A stretch of 64,000 bases of DNA, taken from assembly GCA_016198685.1 (NCBI GenBank), contig JACQID010000004.1, positions 128,001-192,000 of the forward strand, in the 5' to 3' direction. A program made the translations under genes and the position numbers. The DNA is from Candidatus Aenigmatarchaeota archaeon. Lineage in GTDB: Archaea; Aenigmatarchaeota; Aenigmatarchaeia; GW2011-AR5. The number at the start of each line of letters is the position of its first letter. Within the stretch, counting starts at the first letter, position 1. Below the pieces are notes generated by a model. The model made no database searches. It saw only the letters and a program-made list of their open reading frames with translations, and was not told the DNA's origin. Shown here in pieces: positions 7,216-17,733 of the stretch.

Positions 7216-9386
7216 ATTTCACCTTGTTCATTTATACTTGGCTCTGAAACAACGGGTTCTGAAGGCTCCCTTCGTGCAGGCGGTTGCGGGTTATTGAAGC
7301 CGGATTGAGGCTGGCCCTGGAAAGGCTGTGGCTGAGAGAAGCTTTCACCCTCAAAACCTTGGTCAGGTGCCGGGTTCCTCGGCCTGAAATTATCTCCCTG
7401 AGCTGGGTACTGGATACCCGGACCTTGATTATCTATTGGCATGTAAGGATCTCTGTAATTGTCGCCGAACTCATCGCTAAAACCGGGTTGCCTGAAGTTT
7501 CCAGGTGGAGGCCTGCCGAATTGCTGATCCTGCAGGTCAGTTCTGAATTCATCATCTCTTCTCATCCCCTGCTGGCTTCTGTAATCTTGTGGAATTGGCT
7601 GATACTGGTCATATTGATTGTTATATTGGAACTGGCTTCTTCCTTCTATCAATGCGGTCAATCCCTGTTTCGCTTCAGGCGGAAGTCGGTTGCCAAAAGT
7701 ATCCAGGCACTTTTTGGCGTTTTCGGCATTTTCAAAGCATGCCTGCTTGCAATCCTCGCCCTGGCATACTCCTTCAACTGCACCGCCTGCCTGAACGCCT
7801 TCCTGTTTCATCATCTCGTAAAGTGGCCCTTCACAGTAAGGCAAAACGTCGGTTTCAGGATCTCTTATGCCCAGGCTGTATTTCTCTATTTTGCATGTCA
7901 TCGACTGGCTCTCGCTTCCTTGCGTCATGGTTGCCTGAAGTATGCACTTGTTATCTTCGAGTCCTGTAATCTCAACTGTAGGCCCGTTTCGTCCTTCAGG
8001 CAGGAATTTCACGGGGCTGCATATGCGGATTGCCTTGTCAAAGCACCTCTCATCAGTGCCGCAGTCACTGCCGCTCCCCGAAACTATATTTTGCACATCA
8101 TCGTTTGAGCTAAGCATCACGTAAACTATGTCTTTTATGGCGACATCCTTGAGATATTTTATGTCATGTTTTATTTCTGTCATGTCTTCAATCGTAAGGG
8201 TGTCAAGCCTTTCTTTCATCTTGTCCTTTATGTCTTGAACGTTGCCCTTGGCAGATTGGAACATGTCGGCAACCCTTCTGAATCTGTTCTCATCTGTTGA
8301 ACCCGTTGATTTATAATAATCAGCGACATCATCTGCCTGCTTGGAAAGTTTATCAAGCTCGACCACTAATTTTTCCAATTTGAATGCTATTGACAGTACT
8401 TCGGTTGAGTCCGGCACGTTGGAAGGTCTTTCCACGTAGACATCGTTCTCGTCACCCTGACGGACGCATTCAGCAAAACTTACGCAGCCGTTGCGGTCTC
8501 TTTTGACTATCATCTCGCCGCCGTTCTGATGGCAAGTGCTATACGCAGCATCTTCGACATTCTGCCTGCAATAATTCTGTTCTGCGCATCTGTAGAAAAT
8601 GCAGCCGCTTTGGTCAAAATCTTTTGTTATGCTCAGGCCGCGAGAGCTGCACTCATTTTCAGCCGTTACGCGGGATTGCTGAGTGCTTGGGCATATCTTA
8701 TTTTGTTCTGTCTGTATGCATGATGCAACGCCGCATCCGTTTTCCTGTCTTACAACGCCCTTGAGACCTGAAGACTCGCAGCTTCTGAGTGTCGTATCTA
8801 TCTGTTCGCGGGAGGGGCATTGATCATATTTCTTAAATAGCTGGCCCTGCAGTTGCCCGCCTTGGTCGAATTGGCAATAGAACATATCGCATCCGTTAGG
8901 CGATTTGGAAAATTGGGGCATTCCGCCGCCGTTCCTGCATGCATCAATGCTTTCTTTGGGTGCAGGCTGGCAGGAGACCGCTCCTTCGCATATGACTCTT
9001 ACAAAACCGGTCTCGTCACGTTCTTCTCTGCATCCGGGAGGCGGACCTCTGTGCTCAGGAACAGTTTGGGGAGGCATGCCTTCAGTATCACCACCTTCTT
9101 GAGTTCCGTCAGGAGTATCTGCCTCTTGTCTGCTATTTGCATCTTCCGTATCTCCGGCAGGCATTTCTTCAGAGGAAGGTTCGGAAATATCATTCGTTGA
9201 TTCTTCATTTGCAGGCTCCGAAGGTGGTGTTGATTCTTGAGGCGTTGATTCTTCATTTGCAGGCTCCGAAGGTGGTGTTGATTCTGCTGGCGGCTCTGCA
9301 GTTTCGGTCTGGGCAGACGAAACAGAAAGAATTAATATCGCAGCGGCAAATAGAATGAATATGCTTTTTGTGGAGTTATTGGCCAT
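7212..9386 (-). CDS. Large exported Cys-rich protein (724 aa)
   Basis: Start reassigned to MANNSTKSIFILFAAAILILSVSSAQ (signal peptide). Then a P/E/S/T-rich repeat, four 4-Cys modules, a coiled coil, further Cys domains and a Q/P/G-rich tail. Confidence 0.8.
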   Translation of the reverse strand: MANNSTKSIFILFAAAILILSVSSAQTETAEPPAESTPPSEPANEESTPQESTPPSEPANEESTNDISEPSSEEMPAGDTEDANSRQEADTPDGTQEGGDTEGMPPQTVPEHRGPPPGCREERDETGFVRVICEGAVSCQPAPKESIDACRNGGGMPQFSKSPNGCDMFYCQFDQGGQLQGQLFKKYDQCPSREQIDTTLRSCESSGLKGVVRQENGCGVASCIQTEQNKICPSTQQSRVTAENECSSRGLSITKDFDQSGCIFYRCAEQNYCRQNVEDAAYSTCHQNGGEMIVKRDRNGCVSFAECVRQGDENDVYVERPSNVPDSTEVLSIAFKLEKLVVELDKLSKQADDVADYYKSTGSTDENRFRRVADMFQSAKGNVQDIKDKMKERLDTLTIEDMTEIKHDIKYLKDVAIKDIVYVMLSSNDDVQNIVSGSGSDCGTDERCFDKAIRICSPVKFLPEGRNGPTVEITGLEDNKCILQATMTQGSESQSMTCKIEKYSLGIRDPETDVLPYCEGPLYEMMKQEGVQAGGAVEGVCQGEDCKQACFENAENAKKCLDTFGNRLPPEAKQGLTALIEGRSQFQYNNQYDQYQPIPQDYRSQQGMRRDDEFRTDLQDQQFGRPPPGNFRQPGFSDEFGDNYRDPYMPIDNQGPGIQYPAQGDNFRPRNPAPDQGFEGESFSQPQPFQGQPQSGFNNPQPPARREPSEPVVSEPSINEQGEI
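9195..9285. repeat. Two identical 43-bp direct repeats, 48-bp period, inside the exported protein gene
   Basis: CGTTGATTCTTCATTTGCAGGCTCCGAAGGTGGTGTTGATTCT at 9195-9237 and 9243-9285; encodes the ESTPPSEPANEEST duplication. Confidence 0.95.
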
Positions 9387-9432
9387 ACAGAGTTTTGGAT
9401 TTGAGTGATATATATAGTTATCGTGATTTGGC

Positions 9433-9912
9433 ATGAAAACTGAATTGATTGCGCTTGCAGGGATTGGATTATTTTTACTTATTGTTTTGGTTCGCCCGAC
9501 CGCTCCTGCTTCTTTGCCGGAGATATCAGTCGAGGGTTTCGTGCCCGTGAAAATAGAAATCAACGGAAGCGATATGATATTGTCAGGCGAATGCAGAAGC
9601 ATCTTAATGGCAGTAAGCGAACATCAGGCGCTTTCCATCGCAAGTGCATTGAACAACGAATATTATATCAGGCCGCTCACGCACGATCTTATGAGAGACA
9701 TATTTGAGAATTATAAGATAGAACTGAATTCGGCAAGAATAGATTCTTTTACAGACGGTGTATATACTGCCAAGATATACGTGACCAAGGATTCAAAAAT
9801 TCTTGAAATGGATGCAAGGCCAACCGATGCGGCAGGAATTGCATTGAGGATGGGAGTGCCGCTCTATTTCAATGAAGATCTATTGAAGATCAACGGTGAA
9901 AAAATATGCTGA
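9433..9912 (+). CDS. Bifunctional nuclease (DUF151/BFN) family protein with N-terminal signal/anchor
   Basis: RPLTHDL, DGVYTAKI, DARPTDAAGIALR motifs; hydrophobic N-terminus. Confidence 0.85.
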   Translation: MKTELIALAGIGLFLLIVLVRPTAPASLPEISVEGFVPVKIEINGSDMILSGECRSILMAVSEHQALSIASALNNEYYIRPLTHDLMRDIFENYKIELNSARIDSFTDGVYTAKIYVTKDSKILEMDARPTDAAGIALRMGVPLYFNEDLLKINGEKIC

Positions 9913-10655
9913 ACAATCGTCAGGGGATGAACAACAATATGGTTGCAGCAGGCTTCATATTCATATTCATTGCTGGGCTCGCTGGCGGATATTATTATCA
10001 CAATCTGCAGAATGAGAGCGTAGGGGTCATAGTTGACGAGCAGGATAGCCGGACAGTAGAAATGATCATAGCTGCGGTTGATTCCGAAGGAAAGGGCGTC
10101 ACGGGCAAGCTCTTCACAACAGTGCGTCCGGCTGCGTCACCGGGCTCTGGACAGGTTCTTGTCAGCGTAAACAACGTTCTCTCGCAGCTTGACACACAGG
10201 CTTCAGCAAGGACTGCCGTTCATGCCGCAGGCAGATATACTGACAAGAAGATTAGCGACTACGATGTCATCTATGTCATGGAGGTCAATGCACGTTCGAT
10301 AGAAGGGCCGTCTGCAGGTGCAGCCATGGCCGTTTCGGCGTTAGCTGCATTGAATAACCGGCTCATAGACCCGCACGTTTCAATAACCGGCGCCATAAGA
10401 GAGGATGGCACGATAGCGCCGGTGGGGGGAGTTGAAGAAAAATTCGCAGCGGCAAAAAATGCCGGCATACGCGTATTCCTCGTGGCCGGCGGTCAATCCG
10501 TTGAGAGCACTGCCGAAAGATCCAAAACATGTACTACATCCAACGGTTATGAATATTGTAAGGTATCTTATAGCGTCAAAAAAACCAGCATAAGTGATGA
10601 CTTAAAAGAAGTCTCGGATATTGGCGAGGCTTTGGAATATTTTGTCAAGAACTAA
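9906..10655 (+). CDS. Membrane-anchored Lon (S16) proteolytic domain without an AAA+ module
   Basis: IEGPSAGAAM (catalytic Ser), TGAI...PVGGVEEK (catalytic Lys); N-terminal TM helix. Confidence 0.88.
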   Translation: MLNNRQGMNNNMVAAGFIFIFIAGLAGGYYYHNLQNESVGVIVDEQDSRTVEMIIAAVDSEGKGVTGKLFTTVRPAASPGSGQVLVSVNNVLSQLDTQASARTAVHAAGRYTDKKISDYDVIYVMEVNARSIEGPSAGAAMAVSALAALNNRLIDPHVSITGAIREDGTIAPVGGVEEKFAAAKNAGIRVFLVAGGQSVESTAERSKTCTTSNGYEYCKVSYSVKKTSISDDLKEVSDIGEALEYFVKN

Positions 10656-13173
10656 TTTCTTTTCTTTTTATAGACGATTGGGCGGCTGCAAGCCTTGCAA
10701 TCTTTATACTGTAAACCGAGCATGACACATAATCAAGTCCAAGAGAATCGAAGAATTTTATCGATGCCGGATCGCCTCCATGCTCGCCGCATACACTCAT
10801 CCTGACATTTTTTCTCTTGCCTGCCACGCTAGCTATCCTGATCAGTGCTCCCACGCCATTTTTATCTATGGTCAAGAAAGGGTTTTCTTCAAGCAGGTGG
10901 CTTTCGAGGTATCTTGCCAGGAATTTTTTTTCAGCATCGTCACGCGAAAAGCCGTATGTAGCCTGCGTAAGATCGTTAGTCCCGAAAGAAAAGAATGCAG
11001 CGTAGTCAGCGATCCGGTCTGCCGTGATGCAGGCTCTCGGCAGTTCAATCATTGCACCAATAGAGTAATTGGCCCATTTCTTCTGTTTTGCCATGAAATC
11101 CGCGGCAGCCTTGTCAATAATGCTTCTCGTTTCCTTCATTTCTTCCCATGAGCTGACAAGCGGAATCATTATTTCGGGAGTAGCCCCTGTTTCCATCGCA
11201 GCCGCGATTATTGCCTTTGTCTGCATAGCGTATATTTCCGGAAACATTATGCCGAGCCTGCAGCCCCGGAGACCCATCATAGGATTCTTTTCTTTTAGGG
11301 ACATGACATTTTCCAGCATCCTTTCTTTTTCTGCGGTATTCTGCCCTTCTTTTTTGAGCAAAGCAAGCTCCTCTTTCAGCTTATCCGGATCCGGCAAAAA
11401 TTCGTGGAGTGGAGGATCAAGGAGTCTTATGGTTACAGGAAGACTTCCCATAATTTTGAATATCCCGATGAAATCCTGCTTCTGGAATTCCATCATCTTT
11501 TCCAGGCTCTTGCCTTTATCGTCTTCCATTATCATCTTCTGAATTTCTTGAAGACGCTCGCCGAAGAACATATGCTCTGTCCTGCAGAGTCCTATGCCGC
11601 GCGCTCCGGCTTTTATCGCCTTTTCAGCGTCCTCTGGATTGTCGGCATTCGCAAAAACTCTGATGCTGGCAAAAGAATCGCACCATGAAAGCAGTGTGTT
11701 AAAATATTTGGATGCTGCAGGTTCGCCCATCAATACTTCGCCTTCTATGATGTCTCCTGTCGAGCCGTCTACTGTGATTATGCTCCCTTCGGCAACCGAA
11801 ACGCCTCCCGCAGAAATATTGCGGCCTGCGTAGTCTAATTTTATCCCGGCACTGGTTATGCAAGGCATCCCCATGCCTCTTGCTATTACTATAGCATGCG
11901 AAGTCGCTCCGCCGCCAGCCGCTACGAGCGCTTGGCAGGAAGGTATGACAGGTATATCGTCTGGTGATGTATCTTTGACTACAAGTATGACTTTTCTGCC
12001 TTTTGCCGTCAGTTCGGCAGCTTTTTGCGTATCGAATATTATTTCTCCTGATGCTGCGCCAGGCGATGCGCCAATGCCCTTTGCTATCGTGCGTTTCTCT
12101 GCCGACGGGTCTATCCGTTTTTGCAAAAGTCTTCTTGCTTCATAAGGATCGACCCTCATTATAGCTTCTTCGCGCGTTATCAGGCCTTCTTCCGCCATCT
12201 CGACTGCCGCGCGCACTGCAGCTTCCGATGTTCTTTTGGCTCTTGCAACTTCGAGAATGTAAAGCTTGCTTTTCTCGATGGTGAATTCCATATACTGCAT
12301 GTCCCTGTAATGCGATTCAAGAAGTGACGCTATCGTGCCTATCTCTGCGTATGCCGATGGAAAGATATCCTTCATGCGGTCTATCGGCTCAGGCGTCACG
12401 ATGCCTGATACGAGGTCTTCGCCTTGCATGCCGCTGATGAATTCCCCGTAAATCTTCTTCTTGCCGGTTGACGGATCCCGCGAAAAGCATACGCCGGTGC
12501 CGGAGGCGGGCAGATTTCCGTAAATCATGCTCTGAACTATGCATGCTGTGCCTATGGCGCTGTCAATGCCATTTTTCTTCCTGTAATCTGCCGCTTTCGG
12601 CGAATTCCACGAGCGGAACATGCCCCGTACGCATTCAAGTATCTGCTCTTCGGCATCCTGTGGGAAAACGTGTTTTTCCGATTCTATAATCCTCTTGAAA
12701 GATTCGCAGTCGTTTTTTGCGCTGGCCGTTGACTTGAACCTTTCTGGAGGTATGCCAAGTATCACGATGCCGAAAGTTTTTATGAAACGCGCGTAAGAAT
12801 TATACGCAAAGTTTTCCCCGCTTTGTTGCGCAAAAATTTTCACCGTTTGATCATTCAGGCCTGCATTGAGGATGCTTTCAACTATTCCCGGCATGGAAAT
12901 TTCAGAACCATGACGGACTGAGACTGTACGCCCCTCTCCGAATTTTTTATCCGTGCCATCCTCAAGGCACGGAAGCCGCGCCCTTATTTGCTCTTCGCAT
13001 TCTTCAGGCAGCCTGCCTGAGCGTAGGAAATATGCGCAGGCATCCGTCGTCACAATGAATCCAGGGGGAACGGGCAAGCCCATACCGGTCATTTCTGCAA
13101 GATTCGCGCCCTTTTCTCCAAGAAGTCCGGATGCATTAGCCGTACCCTCGCGCAGAGTGTAGACATATCTCAT
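10645..13173 (-). CDS. ppdK: Pyruvate, phosphate dikinase homolog (ATP-grasp site divergent)
   Basis: GEKGANL, GATSHA (phospho-His), GLCRTEHMF, IRLLDPPLHEFL, MIELPRA, GTNDLTQ, CGEHGGDP. Confidence 0.9.
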   Translation of the reverse strand: MRYVYTLREGTANASGLLGEKGANLAEMTGMGLPVPPGFIVTTDACAYFLRSGRLPEECEEQIRARLPCLEDGTDKKFGEGRTVSVRHGSEISMPGIVESILNAGLNDQTVKIFAQQSGENFAYNSYARFIKTFGIVILGIPPERFKSTASAKNDCESFKRIIESEKHVFPQDAEEQILECVRGMFRSWNSPKAADYRKKNGIDSAIGTACIVQSMIYGNLPASGTGVCFSRDPSTGKKKIYGEFISGMQGEDLVSGIVTPEPIDRMKDIFPSAYAEIGTIASLLESHYRDMQYMEFTIEKSKLYILEVARAKRTSEAAVRAAVEMAEEGLITREEAIMRVDPYEARRLLQKRIDPSAEKRTIAKGIGASPGAASGEIIFDTQKAAELTAKGRKVILVVKDTSPDDIPVIPSCQALVAAGGGATSHAIVIARGMGMPCITSAGIKLDYAGRNISAGGVSVAEGSIITVDGSTGDIIEGEVLMGEPAASKYFNTLLSWCDSFASIRVFANADNPEDAEKAIKAGARGIGLCRTEHMFFGERLQEIQKMIMEDDKGKSLEKMMEFQKQDFIGIFKIMGSLPVTIRLLDPPLHEFLPDPDKLKEELALLKKEGQNTAEKERMLENVMSLKEKNPMMGLRGCRLGIMFPEIYAMQTKAIIAAAMETGATPEIMIPLVSSWEEMKETRSIIDKAAADFMAKQKKWANYSIGAMIELPRACITADRIADYAAFFSFGTNDLTQATYGFSRDDAEKKFLARYLESHLLEENPFLTIDKNGVGALIRIASVAGKRKNVRMSVCGEHGGDPASIKFFDSLGLDYVSCSVYSIKIARLAAAQSSIKRKEISS

Positions 13174-13301
13174 GGATTAATAATGGCTTTCGTATTTAAT
13201 AAATGAGGAAAATATTCATTTAGGTTATAAAAATCGCAGGTTTCTTTTGAGATAATTTATTATTTCCTCTTGCCAAACTTTCTTTCACTCTCGATCCAGC
13301 C

Positions 13302-14876
13302 TTATTTGGCGTTTTCAGCGAACCTCATGGATCTTTTTTTCCTGTTGTAGGTGACAGCAAACCTATGCGTCTCGTCTCTTATTGATCTTACGAGAAGCAT
13401 CATCGAAGAGTTCTTGGGAAAGCGCATGGGTATCTCGTTCTCCGGCGTGAAGATCTCTTCATCTTTTTTAGCAAGTGATATTATCGGTATTTTAAGACCG
13501 AGATCTTTCAATGCGCCAAGCGCGGAATTCAGCTGCCCCGGCCCGCCGTCTATGATTATAAGATCCGGCATAGAGTCATTCTGGTCGCGGAGTCTGCGGT
13601 ATCTCCTGTGCACCACTTCTTTCATGGCTGCAAAATCGTCACTTTTTCCGCTAAAGGTCTTTATTTCAAACTTCCTATAACCCTGCTTATCCTTTGCGCC
13701 TTCGGTGAATCTCACCATTGAAGCGACAATGTAGTCATATCCAAGATTAGAGATATCAAAGCATTCAATGATTCTTGGCAGTGAAGGCAAATTCAGCTTC
13801 TCTTGGAGTTCATTCAACGCCTTATTGCCTATTTTCAGCGCGGCATTCTTTTCTGCAATGGCTACAAGTGCCATGTTTTCTTTTGTTTCCGGCGGAAGAA
13901 GTCTTATGCTTCTTCCTGACAATTTTTCAAAATATGATTGAAGCGTCTCATCGTCCCAGAATTTCCTGTTGACTATTATCTCATCGGGGATTTCATTACT
14001 AAGATAGTAGGTTTTTATGAAATTCTCAAAGACCTCATTTTCAGATTCTTCAAAATGAGGCGTTATCATGTACTCATTTTTTCCCGAAATAACGCCGCGC
14101 TTTATATAAAATACCTCGAAGATGAAGCGTTCCCCGTCTTGAATACCGGCAATGACGTCCTGATCGACCTTTTTGGCGATATTTATTTTCCGTTTTCCTG
14201 ATACCCTGTCTATTATCTCTATCTGGCGTCTTTTTTCCAGGGCAAGCTCATACTTCATGGATTGGGAAGATGCTTTAAGTTCTTCATTGAGCTTGTTTCT
14301 CAAAGGCGATGTATCCCCGGAAAGAAATTCTATGGCATGACGAACCTGGTCTAGATATTGTTCATGGCTGACCAGTTTGATGCATGGAGCTGTGCAGATT
14401 CCGATATAATAGTTAAGGCATGCTTTTCTTGGCAGTTTTTTGCAGGTGCGAAGCCGTAATGACTTGACCAGAAGCTCTATTGTATCATCTCTTAGCCTTG
14501 AATCAATATACGGGCCGAAATAAGTTCCGTCTCCCTTGGCGTTCCTTGATATCATAACGCGCGGAAATTTTTCGTTGGTTATCTTGATATAAGCGTAGGT
14601 CTTTGAATCCTTGAGGGATATGTTATATTTCGGCCAGTGCTTTTTTATAAGCTGGTTCTCAAGAAGCAGAGCTTCAGTCTCGTTATTGACGACTATGAAT
14701 TCTATGTCGTTTATTTTATGCACAAGTGCCTGAGTTTTTGCATTTTTCTTCCCTGAAAAATAAGATAAGACCCGCTTTTTAAGTATCTTGGCTTTGCCTA
14801 TGTAGATTATTTTCCCAGACGAGTCCTTGAACAGGTAAACTCCGGGGTCATCCGGAACGTTCGGTATCATAATCAT
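13302..14876 (-). CDS. uvrC: Excinuclease ABC subunit C, lacking the C-terminal HhH domain
   Basis: PGVYLFKD...IYIGKAK (GIY-YIG), ECFDISN, DLIIIDGGPGQL, RDETHRFA; ends shortly after. Confidence 0.93.
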   Translation of the reverse strand: MIMIPNVPDDPGVYLFKDSSGKIIYIGKAKILKKRVLSYFSGKKNAKTQALVHKINDIEFIVVNNETEALLLENQLIKKHWPKYNISLKDSKTYAYIKITNEKFPRVMISRNAKGDGTYFGPYIDSRLRDDTIELLVKSLRLRTCKKLPRKACLNYYIGICTAPCIKLVSHEQYLDQVRHAIEFLSGDTSPLRNKLNEELKASSQSMKYELALEKRRQIEIIDRVSGKRKINIAKKVDQDVIAGIQDGERFIFEVFYIKRGVISGKNEYMITPHFEESENEVFENFIKTYYLSNEIPDEIIVNRKFWDDETLQSYFEKLSGRSIRLLPPETKENMALVAIAEKNAALKIGNKALNELQEKLNLPSLPRIIECFDISNLGYDYIVASMVRFTEGAKDKQGYRKFEIKTFSGKSDDFAAMKEVVHRRYRRLRDQNDSMPDLIIIDGGPGQLNSALGALKDLGLKIPIISLAKKDEEIFTPENEIPMRFPKNSSMMLLVRSIRDETHRFAVTYNRKKRSMRFAENAK

Positions 14877-14879
14877 GAT

Positions 14880-17729
14880 TTAGAGCATTCGCTTTAAAAA
14901 TTGGCCAGTATAAGACGCAGGTTCCATGGCAACTTCTTCCGGCGTTCCCATGGCTATTATTCTTCCTCCATCTCTTCCGCCTTCCGGGCCCATGTCTATC
15001 AGGTAATCGCAGGATTTTACGATATCAAGATTATGCTCGATGACAAGCACGCTGCTTCCTTTTTCAACCAGCCTATTGAGTACCATTATGAGCTTTCTTA
15101 CATCCTCAAAATGCAATCCGGTGGTGGGTTCATCAAGCATATAGATCGTATCCCCTGTTTTTTGCTTTGATAGTTCTCTTGTCAGTTTTATTCTCTGCGC
15201 TTCGCCTCCTGAAAGCGTATTGGAGCTTTGCCCTAGCTTGATGTATCCCAGACCAACGTCGTATAATGTCTTTATTTTTCTCGACATACCCGTGTGATTT
15301 TCAAAGAATTTCGTGGCGTCTTCAACGCTCATGTCAAGAACATCAGATATGTTTTTTTCTTTGTAGGTGATTGCAAGAGTCTCCTTGTTGTACCGTTTGC
15401 CTTTGCAGTCTTCACATTGCACATAAACATCGGGTAAAAAGTTCATTTCTATTTTTATTACGCCGTCCCCTTTGCAGCTCTCGCAGCGCCCGCCTTTGAC
15501 ATTGAAGGAGAATCTCCCTTCTTTGTATCCTTTGGCGCGGGCGTCTTTGGTGGAAGAAAAAATCTTTCGGATTTCATCGAATATTTTGGTATAAGTAGCT
15601 GGATTGGATCTCGGTGTTTTTCCTATAGGATCTTGGTCTATGACTATCACATTTTTGACCGATTTCGGGATTTCTATGCCGTTGTTTTTCCCTATTTTCT
15701 CGGCGATCATGCCGGCATGCTTCTTCAGTAAGGGAACAAGCGTCTGGTTTATCAGGGTCGATTTTCCGGATCCTGATACACCCGTTATTCCGCAAAGCAC
15801 GCCTGTCGGCAACGAAACGTATATGTTTTTCAGATTATTCTCGGAAGCGCCTTTTACAACTATGAAGTCTTTTGGTTCTCTTCTGTGCTCTGGTATCTCT
15901 ATTTTTGTATGTCCTGAAAGGTAGCGGCCGGTTATGCTGTTCTTGTCTTTGGCTATATCATCAGGTGTTCCCTGTGAGGCAACATGACCTCCATGCACGC
16001 CTGCGCCGGGTCCCATGTCAATTATATAATCCGCGGCCTTTATCGTGTCGTAATCGTGTTCGACAACTATGAGCGTATTTCCTATGTCCCTGAGCCTCTG
16101 AAGGGTTGCAATAAGCTTGTTATTGTCCCTTTGATGCAGCCCTATGGAGGGCTCATCAAGAATGTAAAGAACGCCCATGAGGTTCGATCCTATCTGCGTT
16201 GCAAGACGTATTCGCTGCGCTTCGCCGCCCGATAGGGTCTTTGAGCTTCTCGAAAGCGACAGGTAGCCAAGGCCTACGTTTGTAAGAAAGCTGATTCTGT
16301 CATTGATTTCCTTGAGTATCTGCTTTGATATTATCTTGTCTTTTTCCGAAAGGCTCTCTGCAAGATGGATGAAAAATTTGGCGCAAGCATCCAGGTCCAT
16401 CTCCGTAATGTCAATTATGGATTTTCCTGCTATGCTGACCGAAAGCACGGTTTCCTTGAGCCTCTTTCCTTCGCATACGCGGCATAGCTTCCCTATCATG
16501 AATCTTTCAAGGTCTTCCTTTCTTTCGTCGGATTCTGTCTGTTTGTACAGTCTTAGCGTTTGGGGTATTATTCCTTCCCAGCCGTTTTCCATGTTCATTG
16601 AAGCGCCGTTGCTCCATCTGCCGTCTATTCTTTCAGTCGTTCCATTAAGAAGTACATCGAGTTGTTTTTTTGAAAATGCAGATATGGGGGTGAAAATGTC
16701 GAATCCGAATTTTTTCCCGACAACAGCAATCTGCTGGCATCTCCATTGCAAATCCATTCTCCCATAGACCGCAATGGTGCCATCAATGATAGATTTGCTT
16801 TTATCCGGAATCAAGAGATCCTGCGATATTTCCAGCGTTTCTCCGAGGCCCAAGCACCCCGCGCACGCGCCGAAAGGGGAATTAAATGAGAACATTCTGG
16901 GTTCTAGCTGCTGGAACAAAACTTCAGGATGCTTGGGGCACGCGCCGAAAGTTGAATAGATTGTCTCACCTGCGCCTCGTTGTATCTCTTTTGTTTTCTT
17001 TTGTATTTTAGCCGGGTCAAGAATTATTACGGTTCCCTTGCCGGCATGCACCGCCTGCTCAACGTCTTCCGATATTCTGGAGCGATTATCGTCGCTGGCC
17101 TCCAGCCTGTCCACAACCGCTTCTATCCAGTGCTTTTCATAGCGAGCTAATTTCATATTATCTTTTATCTCATCAAGCCTGCATATTTCTCCGTCAATGC
17201 GCACGCGGCTGAATCCGTCTGATAACATTCCTTCGAAAATTTTCTCATGGGCTCCTTTAACTCCGCTAATCAGCGGAGCAAGAATTATAATCTCCTTTTT
17301 TTCAGACATGATCAGGTTTACTATGTTTTCCACTGACTGCGGCCTGATTTGGGATTTGCACTTAGGGCAGTGTATTGTCCCTATGCGTGCAAATAGAAGC
17401 CTGAGATAATCATATATCTCAGTTACCGTGCCTACCGTTGATCTTGGGTTTTTTGAGGTCGTTTTTTGCTCTATGGATATTGCAGGCGAAAGCCCATCTA
17501 TCAAATCTATGTCCGGTTTATTCATCAATCCCAAGAACTGGCGGGCATATGCAGAAAGTGATTCGACATACCTGCGCTGGCCTTCGGCATATATTGTGTC
17601 AAACGCCAAAGTAGACTTCCCCGAGCCTGACATGCCCGTTATTACGACAAGCTTGTTCCTTGGTATTTCCACGTTTATGTTCTTCAGGTTGTGTTCCCTT
17701 GCTCCTCTCACTACTATTTTATCCAGCAT
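14880..17729 (-). CDS. uvrA: Excinuclease ABC subunit A
   Basis: Two ABC ATPase modules ([25 protein letters not shown] twice) and Zn fingers. Confidence 0.97.
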   Translation of the reverse strand: MLDKIVVRGAREHNLKNINVEIPRNKLVVITGMSGSGKSTLAFDTIYAEGQRRYVESLSAYARQFLGLMNKPDIDLIDGLSPAISIEQKTTSKNPRSTVGTVTEIYDYLRLLFARIGTIHCPKCKSQIRPQSVENIVNLIMSEKKEIIILAPLISGVKGAHEKIFEGMLSDGFSRVRIDGEICRLDEIKDNMKLARYEKHWIEAVVDRLEASDDNRSRISEDVEQAVHAGKGTVIILDPAKIQKKTKEIQRGAGETIYSTFGACPKHPEVLFQQLEPRMFSFNSPFGACAGCLGLGETLEISQDLLIPDKSKSIIDGTIAVYGRMDLQWRCQQIAVVGKKFGFDIFTPISAFSKKQLDVLLNGTTERIDGRWSNGASMNMENGWEGIIPQTLRLYKQTESDERKEDLERFMIGKLCRVCEGKRLKETVLSVSIAGKSIIDITEMDLDACAKFFIHLAESLSEKDKIISKQILKEINDRISFLTNVGLGYLSLSRSSKTLSGGEAQRIRLATQIGSNLMGVLYILDEPSIGLHQRDNNKLIATLQRLRDIGNTLIVVEHDYDTIKAADYIIDMGPGAGVHGGHVASQGTPDDIAKDKNSITGRYLSGHTKIEIPEHRREPKDFIVVKGASENNLKNIYVSLPTGVLCGITGVSGSGKSTLINQTLVPLLKKHAGMIAEKIGKNNGIEIPKSVKNVIVIDQDPIGKTPRSNPATYTKIFDEIRKIFSSTKDARAKGYKEGRFSFNVKGGRCESCKGDGVIKIEMNFLPDVYVQCEDCKGKRYNKETLAITYKEKNISDVLDMSVEDATKFFENHTGMSRKIKTLYDVGLGYIKLGQSSNTLSGGEAQRIKLTRELSKQKTGDTIYMLDEPTTGLHFEDVRKLIMVLNRLVEKGSSVLVIEHNLDIVKSCDYLIDMGPEGGRDGGRIIAMGTPEEVAMEPASYTGQFLKRML

Positions 17730-17733
17730 AATA

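Noticed and set aside
7284-8108. Long plus-strand ORF (274 aa) and many other track ORFs antisense to recognised genes (e.g. 35939-36718, 47259-48140, 54893-55633)
   Set aside because: They lie wholly opposite well-supported genes, show no motifs, and have the composition expected of shadow frames.
9195-9285. 43-bp direct repeat considered as CRISPR or att site
   Set aside because: Only two copies, a 5-bp gap, an in-frame 48-bp period inside a coding region, and no cas genes.
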